Shown: positions 37,201 through 49,100 of the stretch, piece after piece | How the letters are laid out: every line of letters begins with the position of its first letter | Numbering within the stretch: the stretch's first letter is position 1 | From: Octopus sinensis | Lineage: Eukaryota | DNA length: 64,000 nucleotides | Assembly (NCBI RefSeq): GCF_006345805.1 | Contig: NC_042997.1 | Coordinates: 77,624,001 to 77,688,000 of the forward strand | Reading direction: 5' to 3' | Notes under the pieces: generated by a model | Seen by the model: only the letters and a program-made list of their open reading frames with translations | What the model was told of the DNA's origin: nothing | Database searches by the model: none | Translations under genes and position numbers: made by a program

Positions 37201-40086
37201 CCAGCGGAGCATACTAGCTTCATTCCTTGGAAGCTTATGCATGTCCTCAACAATCATGGCCCATGTTTCACTCCTATATAACATGGCCATTTGTGCACAT
37301 GCGTCATAGTCTACCTTTTACTCTGAGTGAGAGGCCCTTTGTCACCAGCAGAGGTAGGAGCTCTCTGAACTTTGACCAGGCTATTCTTATTCTAGCAGCT
37401 ACACTCTCAGAGCATCCACCCCAGCTACTGACTTGGTCACCTAGGTAATAGAAGCTATCAACTACTTCTAGTTTTTTGCCCTGGCATGTGACAGAAACTG
37501 TTTTCTGCACGTTTTCAGTGTTTATTGCCTCTGAGCATTTGCCACACACAAAAACTACCTTTCCAATTAGCCATCCTTTGATATTGCTGCACCTCTTATG
37601 TGTCCATAACTTACACCGGGTACATCTTATGGAGTTTCTACCTACGCCTTTTCTACAGATTGAGCAGGACCATCTACCTGAAGGGATTTGTGATTTGTCT
37701 GCCTTCCTACTTAAGACTTTGGTTTTTGCTAGATTGACTCTAAGGCCCTTCGATTCTAGACCTTCCTTCCACACCTGAAACGTATCCTCTAGTTCTGATA
37801 GTGAGTCAGCTATTAGAGTAGAAACCTCCAGTTGTCTTCCATATCATTTGATGCTATATCCTCCTCTATTTTGTCAAAAGCTTTGAATAATATGTCTCTA
37901 AATCTCTGTCAATTTGCAAGACCCTTAAGCTTCCAGACCCTTCTTTTCCTTGTTGGTCGTCTTCTGGGCATCCATTTAACCCTGATAATAACTAATCTAT
38001 GTTGTAGGGTACATTCTTCACCTGGGAAGGTTTTGGCATCTTGCCCCATTTCCTGGGGAGGATGTAGTCAATTTGACTAGTGTGTCCAGTAGATTGGTAG
38101 GTGAATAGGTAACTGGCAGGTTTCCTGAAGTTAGTATTACAAACCATAAGATCATTTGCATCATAGAACTCCAGCAGCCTGGTCCCCTCCTCATTGGGGG
38201 AACCAAAACCATAACCGCCATGTACACCATGAAAGCCCCTTGCGTGTTCTCCAACATGCCCATTGAAGTTGCCAGCCACAAAGCAAAGGTCCTTCTCATT
38301 CGTCAATGTGGTTGTCTGCAAGAGGGTATCATAAAATCGGTCTTTCTCTTCATCAGGTAGCCCTGGCTGAGGGGCATAAGCCGAGATAATGGTTACTTAT
38401 CCATGTTGCAACACTAATCTAATCTCAAGTATTCTATCAGAGACTCTGACTACCCTGATTACTTTATCAGCCCATTTCTCTGTAAGAAATATACCCACAC
38501 CCTCCACCTTGTCAGTGTTCCCTGCCCAGAAAATCTTATACCTATGTTCTTTGCATGAGGAAACTAGCAGAACTTCTTCTCCACCTTACTTCTTGGATGC
38601 AGCACATATCGACACATCTATGTTGAAGCACCTCAACAATCTCACCAGACCTACCTTTCAGTGTGCCACCTCTCAGGGTGTGGGAGGTGTGAGTCCGTCA
38701 GGCCCTGGGATGAGGGACAGCAGCATCATGTACCTGAAAAGAAAGCTCACATTTGGCAGAACTAGTAAACATACAATAGCCTTCAACCTGCATACATTAC
38801 ACCATCATTTTATTGCGCTACATAACCACTACATTACATAGGAGATAAACCCCATCATAACTTAGTTATTTCTGATATCAAGTCACTTGAGGTTGTAGTT
38901 AGCTTGAAGACCATCACAAAATACAATGAATGGTGTTTCCAGTCTGCGAAGGTCATTCCATTCAAGACAAAGACTAGTCAAACAGTTGTTTGATAAATAG
39001 TCCAAGAGACTGCATTGTGCTTCAGTGTTTGTTTCATCATGGTTTCTATGCTTTGATGTCAGTCCTAATGCCAACCACTTTACAGTGTGTCCTGGTCGCT
39101 TTTTTCATGGCCCATGCACTACTGAGGTCACCATGCAATTTGCAAGACTAAAACTCCATTTGGCTGAGTGGGGTGATAGTAGAGAGGGGTCTATGTTAGG
39201 AGATGGGAGAAGAGGCTGTAGAGAAGCTACATGGCTACTCACATTATAGAAGAAAGGGTATGAGGATCCAGGGTGGAACTAGAAAGAGAGAGAAACGTAG
39301 TCATGATGAAGTATCAGAGTGATCTCCCAAAGTACTAAGTGAGTGGAAACAAGTTATATTTATTGATTTGCAAGAAGATGAACAGGGATATTAGCAATGA
39401 AACAACTGGAAAATAAATATGAAATATACAGTATTGTCAGATAATACCAATGAGTTTTAAAATGTAGTACAGGAGGTTTATGTCAAAGACTGAAGTATTT
39501 ACAAAATATATTAGTAAGTGAATTTTGTTTTACTAATGAAATAGATAGCTTTCTTTATAACATGTAGATGGTGACTCGTCACACCATTAATGTTGGCAGT
39601 CAGTCTAACAAAAGAAAATCACCAATAATCATTAACACCAAACTTAATGTTTCATTTTTATTGATATTCTACCGTTTGATCTGCTCTGTAACTTGAATTG
39701 AAATAGAACTGATATCAGATGACATCAGTGCAGGCATGGTTTTATGGTTAAGAAGTTAATTTTGCAACCAATTGGATTCAAGTTTGATCCCTCTGAGCAG
39801 CACCTTGGGCAAGTGTACCTGCTACTACAGACTAGGGTTGACAGATATCTTGTCAGTGGAATTTGGTAGAAGGAAATTGTGCTTGTCTCATTCTTTTATC
39901 CTTTAACTGGTATAGTCATTGGACTGTGGCCATGTTGGTTTACTGTCTTGAAGTGTTTAGTTAACCAAATCAAACCCACTACTTAAGTCTGGTACTTATT
40001 CTTTGTCTATTTTTATTGAACTGCTAAGGATATACACGAAGGGACACAAGTTGTCAAACAGTAAGAGATAACCTTAAGCACTGATG

Positions 40087-40126
<40 letters not shown>

Positions 40127-43100
40127 CATATGATGGGCTTTGGCACAGTTTTAATCTTCCATATTCACTCAGAAGGTATTGATCAGTCCAGCGCTATAGT
40201 AAAAGATATTTGCTAAACATGGAACACTGAGACTGAACCCAAAACAAAGATTGCAAAGTAATCTTCATTACATATATATTTCAACATTATATATCAGTAA
40301 GAGATGTAGACATTATAGACATTAGCAAGACAGCTAAAAGCTCAGTGTTCTTCTTCAAAAGAGGTCTTATGTGATATTGACAATTAGAAATGCTCTCGTG
40401 TCCATCTCACCAACTGAATATAAAATAAATAATTATATCTGTAGATCTTGTATGTTACATATTTTGTTTATAGATCCTCAGTTTTTAAAACATAAGATTA
40501 CGCATTAGAAAGCAACCTTTTTAAATGTATTTTAGTTTCACCAAAATATTCTGAGATTATCAAAGGTAGAGGATGAAAACAATAATTTTTATGTTCTTTT
40601 TGTCACAGGTTATTGCAAGCAGATTTTGGAGTTGGTAAATATTCCTCATCAATCAGTGGTATTTATGCAAAACAAACTGCACTGTTGTGTGGTGAAGAGG
40701 CGATCTCTATACAACAAGTATAGCACCAAGCAGCAACAGGCTGCTGCTCATTGTTCTGCAGGGCCATCACTTGATGAAAGCATGCAAGCAGAGAAAATTA
40801 GGCAAGAATTTACAATGTTCTTTTCTTTCCCATCTTAAGTTTCCAAAATTTTGACTAAAATTTTCTATCTTCGATTAAAGTCAACAGCAATTAGAACATC
40901 TAGGAAATAATTTTTATTTTTACCAGGTAGTTAGAAAATTTGATCATTTAAAATTCATTAATCAATGATTTTTCATCAAAATTCAAAGCTAAAACTTCTT
41001 AGGAAATGTTGATTTGCTTCGTATGAACTATTGCTTAATTATTATTGTGAGCTAGTTAAATAGATACATGTCAGGACTTGAATGAAATTTGATATTCCTG
41101 TGCTTGCATTGTATAATGAAAAAAATTGTGTAATATATATCTAATGAATATTATTCTGAGGCATTATATAAATTTAAGTATAATTTGTTCTGTATGAGCT
41201 GAATGCATGCAAAATTCTTGAAAAGCATGTAATCTTGATTTCTTGATGAACTATTCTTTTCATGCCTTCCAATTTTTCATGTTCTAAATTTTCCCTCTCA
41301 TTTTTTTTCTTCTTATCTACCTTTGTCTTGCCTATTTGATTTATTAATTTCTCCTTTTTTATTGTACCAGGAATAGCATGGCTGGTCTTTTACCATCAAA
41401 TGGAAGCTCTTCTTCCTCCTCTTGTAGTAATAAGAAAGATAACTTGAACACATCAATTATTAGTTCAATTTCATGTCCTAACTATCAACAACAAAAGCAT
41501 GTTGCATCAGTTAATAATGACAAGTGTTTAGAGAAATATTTTTCTGATTCTAACCAAAACAGTTCTAAGCTACAATGTAAAATGTCTTCAGTAGCTGGCA
41601 GAGAAGTTGGAAAAGAACTACCTGAAACTGTAGATAGCTGGAGTAATGCAAATGTATATGGTACACTACCAAAGAACAAACCAAGACAAATTGTGTCTAA
41701 AGTGGTAAACCAGGAAGCTGAAGTCTACCAAATGTTCTTAAATCGACAGAAACAACTGAACAAAGAAAATAATTCTATGTCTTCTTACATGAGCACTGGC
41801 TGCATGGCCTTTTTTCCAAATTCTCAAATAAACAGTAACATGAGTAATTCTTGCAGTAACTTAAACAAAACACGACCTTCAAGTACAGTTTCACAACCTC
41901 ACAGTCGATCAGATTCTGTTGATTCTTCAGCTAACAGCCTTATATCATGTGATTCAGCAGTAACTACTATTTCTACACTCCACTCTAGAAGACAAAATAA
42001 TTCTCCTGCTATGAACAGACCTTATAGACAAGATACTCCAACTATTACTCAGTGTGAGACAAGAACATACCAACATGGTTCTGGGACCATGTACAGAAAT
42101 GTTGATGAAAGCCATGTCAAACCTGAGCAATCAACAATACCACAGTCTTCACATTTTAACCATTCTGTGGAATCTTTTAAATCAGTGATGGGTCAAGAAA
42201 GTAGTGAAACTAATGTTGGAACAAGGACAAATGTGGTATCAAATACAAGTGGGTTTTCTTCTTGTTTAACAGTTTCTCATTTTGTAAAAAGTAGCTTAGC
42301 AACAGCTCAGACCACACCCAGTGTGGTACCATCTACGTGCCAGCCTGCTTTCAAAACTAATACTGCACAAACAAAACAAAACTATAGTGAAAATAGCTTT
42401 GTACTTCCTTTCCAAAGTAGAACAATAGAAGGTAAAAAGAATGAGAGAATCCAAAGCTTTTCAACTGTGAGACATAGACCTCTGGCAGATGCTTGCTTCC
42501 AAACTGCATGCTTTCATAAGTCAGGTATATAATGCTTGTTACTAACTATAATCCTCTGCTCCTTAACCTATCATTTTCTGGGGGGTTTTTTTCATCTGTG
42601 CTAAAACAGCAAAATAAATAGAAAATAATATTCTCAGACACATGACCTGTACATTCACATGTATATACCATACATATATACATTTTTTTACAAAGATGCC
42701 GGAGATAATATAGTTTTAGATGCACTGTATTTGAACCAAAGATTGAGATGCCTTGGCTGGAATTGGAATACCTTTTGATCAGTAGATCTGCTGGATTGTA
42801 GCTGACCCAAAGACAGGGTGAACAGTACAAATATTCTTTTCTATTCTAGGCTCAAGGCCCGAAATTTTAAGGGATGGGACCTGTCAATTAGATCGACTCC
42901 AGTATACACTGGTACTTAATTTATTGACCCCGAAAGGATGAAAGGCAAAGTTGACCTCAGCGGAATTTGAACTCAAAACATGACAGACGAAATACTGCTA
43001 AGCATTTCGACCGGCGTGGCGACGCTTCTGCCAGCTTGCCGACAAATATGAATTACAATCTATGGCTAGTACATTTGGGTTTTTTTTTTTGTACTTAGTA

Positions 43101-46100
43101 TATTATTTATTCATCTTCATCACCACAGTGATCATCATTACTACCATTATCATCAATTACCATCTTTCATATATAAATTCATTAGTTTTTTGTTACTACA
43201 AAACTTTTACTTCTTTCATTTGTCTCAATATGATCTAAGTCTCCTGGGGATTCCTAAATATTTCTCATCATGCACCTTTCATAATTTTCTATTCTGACTA
43301 AATTTCTCTTCATATTTTATTGCCAGTTCTAATTTATTTAATATCTATTGTTGTTTTTATATTATACTAATTCTTATGCTAATTCATAGAAACTAATAAA
43401 CAATTTATGCTAATACATAGTTATTCATTAACAAAACCACTAAATTTGCTTTTGCCCTTTTTTATTTATTGGAATTTTAAAAAATATTTCATTAAAACTA
43501 TATTTTGTATTGGTTATACACATTATTACATTTCACTTGCAAAATAAATTGTTGTGCATATCTGTAACAATTAGAATAAGATGGCTAGTGTGATAGAGAA
43601 AGGAATAAGCACTGTTTCACTTTTCATATTTATAATTTCTAGCTTTAGTCAGTAACCTAAGGAAAGGACTCACTTCAAGCAATTTACTTTCTCTGTACAC
43701 ACTTTATGCTCTGGAAAATTAATAAATATATTGAATTATTAATTAAAAGCAGCTCTAATAATGTAAAGGTTATCGATCACATATACATAGCATATGTATG
43801 TTTTGTTTATATGCATTTATGCAGGATAGCATCTAGGATAGCTTCCTACACAATACTGAGTTTTAAAGGAACACCCGAATGTCATAGATCAGATTAGACA
43901 ACTTGCCACATGGTATTGGTAAGCCATAATAAAGATGACATATTGGTATCTACCACTCTCAGATTCAATCTGAGATGAGTTATCTTGCTTGGTCTATGAC
44001 GTTCTTTATCACTCATCATTGTGTAGCAAACTATCCCAGCTGCTATCCTGTGGCAAATTTGGTGTATAAATAAAAGCACACACACACACTTTATGTGTGA
44101 TTGATAATGTACATTAAATATATCTTGGGCAATGTCTTCTACTGTATATAGCCTTGAATTGACCAGTGCCTTGTGAATGAAATTGGTAGATAACTGTTTG
44201 GCAACCTGTCATGTCTATGTGTTTGTATCCACATCTCCCATCTATAAAATACCTTGCTGTAATTCATTATGAACTGATGTTGATTAACGTACCTTGTGTG
44301 AAAAACAAGGGTTGTCCTGCTATAGAATACTGCCTCAAAAAGTATCATACAACCCTTGCCAACTTGGTAAAAGTTGATGTAAGTACAATAATGACTGTAA
44401 TAAGTATGCAGTTTCAGTATTGCTAGTCCATAACCAAAATTTTCAAAACTGTCAAACTAACAGTAGTTACAACAGTCATTGTTTTACAGGTGTAAAACTA
44501 CCTGTACTCTTCAAGATTTACAAATAATATCAGCTAAAATTATAATGTTCAGTAGGAATAGAGATGTTTCTGTACTTTTTTGATTGGTTTTTATATGAAA
44601 ATCTTATAAATAACCAAACGTTTTGTTTTTGCTTTGTTGTAATCAAATGTGTGTTAAAGTGATATTAGCATTGTTAAAGTGTGCGAAGGAAGTGTTTATA
44701 ATGTTTGTAACTTCCCAAGAACATGAGCTTTCGAAGTAAAGTGAACAAGTCATAACAGGGTATCAAAGACAGTCTTTCAGCTTAGTTTGCTGGAAGATTA
44801 TCCTTTTGAATATGGTATTTGCTAATCTATTGATTTGCATAATGTTACTTCTATTAGGTATAATACTATTACTGGTAGTTGAGGTAACTCTTCTCAACTC
44901 TGATAATGTAAATATTTAAAGAGGAAAATGTACAGAAAATAAACTCCATCATCTGCCAGTGGGGTAAGCTAGACGTAGTAGATAGGTTCTGTTACCTAGG
45001 TAATCAAGTTAGTAGAGGAGCTGGATGCTCAGAGAGTGTAGCTGGCAACAAAGGGCCTCTCCCTCAGAGTGAAAGGCAGATTGTATGTTGCCTGTGTGCA
45101 AACAACTATGCTACACAGCTTGAAACATGGGCTGTGACAGCTGAGAACATGCGTAGACTTGAAAGAAATGAAGCCAGTATGTTTCACTGGATGTGCAATG
45201 TTAGTGTGCATGTTTGGCAGAGTGTAAGCATCTTGAGAGAAAAGTTGGGCATAAGAGGCATCAGATGTAGTGTGCAAGAGTGTCGACTGCACTTGTATGG
45301 TCATATGATGCATATGGACGAGAACAGCTGTGTAAAGAAGTGCCGATCTCTAACTGTGGAGGGAACTTGTAGAGGTAGACCCTGGAATACATGGGATAAG
45401 GTGGTGAAGTACGATCTTTGAACTTTAGGCCTCACAGAGGCAATGACTAGTGACCGAGACCTTTGGCGATATGCTGTGCTTGAGAAGACCCGTCAAGCTG
45501 GTAGCACATAAAAAGCACCTTTCAAGTGTTGGGTCTCATGAAAACAAAGTGACTGATGCCAGTGGCACCTGAAAAGGTCCTTTTAAGTGTTGGGCCTCAC
45601 GGAGGTAATGGCGAATGACCGAGACCTTTGGCATTATGTCATGCTTGAGAAGACCCATCAAGCCAAGTAAAATTGCAGCTGTGGGAGATACTGGTGGCAT
45701 GTAAAAGCACCCATTACACCATAGGAGTGGTTGGCGTGAGGAAGGGCATCCAACTGTAGAAACCAAGCCAAATCAAACTGGAGTCTGGTGCAACCTTCCA
45801 GCTTGCCAGCTCTGATCAGACCGTCCAACGCATGCCAGCATGGACAACGGATGTTAAATGATGTGAACTGTTATAGGTGTGTTTTGTTTCTATTTTAGTC
45901 CCATTGTTTACAAGTGGGACCCTTAGGTAGCAATCACTGGAGTGTTACAGTGATTTGCAATTGAAAAACATTGAATGTTTCTTAAAAATGTAGATAGCAT
46001 TAGTCTTTTTTATGTTGGCAAAAATGCATTTTTGTTAGTGGTTTGGGTTTTTTGATTGAAAAATAGTTCAGATGGTGGTGTTAGAACTCAGAACATTTAG

Positions 46101-49100
46101 AGATGATACTAAAGACATTAAATTACTTAGACTACAATCTCTAGTTTTACCAGTTTGCTATTAAAGAAATTAAGAATTTTGCCTTTAGTAAAGAAAAAAA
46201 GTATTGGTTTATAGTTACAGTGATAATGGTTTTACTAAAATACAGTGAAAATTAACATTTTAAAACTAATTTTTCACACTTAGAATTTTATACAAATATT
46301 ATTGCGTACCTAAAATGTACCAGATCTTGCAGATAAAATGCATCTTTATTTCTTTTACATTAAATTATTTTTAGAGATAAAAATTTGGTTGATGTTTAGC
46401 TAATGTGAAGCTGTCCAAAGATTTGAATTAAGTGTATTCGTAAATACTGCTTAATGTATGTTAGAGCATTATTCCTGTATTCTATATATATTTGGTCATA
46501 TTTATCATTTACTAGCAGTATTGCCCAGCTTTGTGTGACTATTAATCGCACTGAGGAAAATTGATTAATCTGCGAGTGCAAAATCAATACTTTCTTACAC
46601 AATGTACATACGTGCACTCGTGCGTTCTATGCACGCTCAAATTAAGCTAAACTTGGATGAAGTTCAATCAAAATTCAATTATTTTGGTTTTAAAATCAAG
46701 CATTTAATGCCCTCTATTTTTGTGCTTATGTGTTCCATTTCCTCAATAGGAAGTACGTAGAAGCGTTTCATAAATTTTTGTTGATCAAATAATTGCATTG
46801 TTGAATTATTCTTTTAGATCAGTATTTCTCAACGGGGATTTCAGGGGAGAGTTTCAGGGAGTCGCTGGCGATGTATCGTGATGATCAAAAATCCGGCCTG
46901 CTAAAATTTGGTTAAAGTGATTCAAACTGCAGACTCAACGCAAAATGGTCACATTTAATTCAAAGCGTTAAAAATGTTATGAAAACAATTGGTATGTGTT
47001 CACAAAGTCCAAACAATTAATACGAAAAAACCCTCCAGGCTACATCCCGAAAATTGCCGAATTTCTACAATACTTACGGCGATTCGTTTTTATATCTTGA
47101 TTTTTTATTTTTCATGCAATTTACGCATGCTTGCATGCGTGGTGAACACAGTTCACGTCAAATAGCTGACTGAGTAAAGTTCACTATTCAATGCATGGGA
47201 TAAGGCCTAAACAAACACATTATCGATTTTTGCACTTGCGAGATGAATTTCAGAACAGAAATAGCGCAGTTCAATTTTCATTCGCCTAAACTTTAAGTGA
47301 CCCATTTTTGGTGGTTCTACGATTTGTTGGCTAGGAGATGTGCCGGGAAGTTAAACACACAGACACACACACAAATACACAAGTTGAGTTTTATATATAT
47401 ATAGATATCATCATAGCAACTTTAACCAAATCTTAAGTTGGTGTTGACTACACTGTATAAGTAATAATGTCCATACATACTAAACTTGTACTAATTGTGT
47501 GGTTGGGGAGGGTTTAGCTGCCATTCAAATCCAGTTCTCTGCTTAATTTAGCATATGAAGCATAAACAAACACACACACCCTCCTTCCTTCCTTACTACT
47601 TGCATTCAACAAGTAAAGTGAAACAATTTCAAATATTCAAAGAAATTGCACTGAGGACTCAGTTTCAATATCATAGCTTATATACTGGATTTTATAAGAG
47701 ATACCTTTAAGTCTCGAAGCACTAGCTAAGTTATTTCTCTCATCAGAAATACACCAAAAAAACTTTTAACTTTTAATGTAATAAAAGAAATTAATACATT
47801 TTTCTCCTTCCTTTTCAGATGGCTCTTCAATTACAAATGGCACTGCTGATACAGCTACTAAAAATACTGCATTAAAGGTTAGTTCATAGCAATTTAGATA
47901 TTGTTGTTTGGATTTCTTGTAATGTTTTTTAATTCTTTTAATCATTGCTGTATGTTCATACCTCCATAGGCGGGATGGAAGCAGTGATTTAAGTATTTTT
48001 ATGGCTAGATATCCAAACAAAGTATAAAAGCTGCCAACTGAGGTTTTATATTGTTGACTTACTGGTCACCACATACAACTTTACAGTTCTGGGCTCATGT
48101 TCTTTTTAATACTACTTAGAGGAATCTGACAGTGTGAAAATGCAGTATATGAAAACAGTTTTTAGAAATACCAATAATATATTAATTCAAGCTGAAATAG
48201 CTACACAAATACATAATTTAGTATATCACATTCAAGTTTTTTGGGTTTTTTTCAAACCTTGTCTGGATCAGCTTGTTGTTTGATAAAGATAGAACATTAC
48301 AACATATCTTTCCATAGTATTTTGTATTGTCAAAAACACTTCATAATTTTTCACTGTAATGTTATTAAATAGTACATGGAAATTTCTATTTATAGAGCAT
48401 ATCAAAGGAAGCTTAATATGTCTGTCTTCTTTCATTGTTGTCCAGTTGTAAAAGACTTTTTATAGTATTCAAACTTATAAGTTTTGCTGAGTTGTATACT
48501 TGTAAATTCTTTACTTTACATTCATTTTAAAGAAAACTTTTATTTCCTCTATTTTTCTAGGTTTCTGAAAGTAATAGTGAAACTTTGCTTCATTTGGCTA
48601 ATTCTCAGAATTTGATCTCAGAGAGGTTGTGTGCCAGTGATGATGAAGATTTTGTCAGACCTAGTGTCAAGGATTTGGCTTCAAAGTTTGAATATGATGT
48701 CACTAGCAAAACTTCAGATTCTGTAGATGGCAATGGTAACCTTACTCAGCGAAGGTCTTTTAGGGTTAGAAGCAAGTCAGAATCAAGTACAATGAAACCA
48801 AAACCAGCACTCAGCAAGCACCAGTTTCAACAAGGCTCTAGACCACGTAAATCTGTGACATTTGCTGATAATATCGCAATGATTGCTCCAAACAATAAGA
48901 TGTACACAAGCCATGATGCAAACATAAATCGGAAGGAAAAGAGCACCAATGAAAAATATGATTGGGATGATGATGACAGCAGTTCTAGTAGTGAAGACCC
49001 CACTGAACTAACTGATGGTCCTTTTTGCAATTTGTGTCAAAAGAAAGGAGTTCAACAAGGACAAGTTTACTGTCAAGACTGTGACTTTTATATGAGTCGG

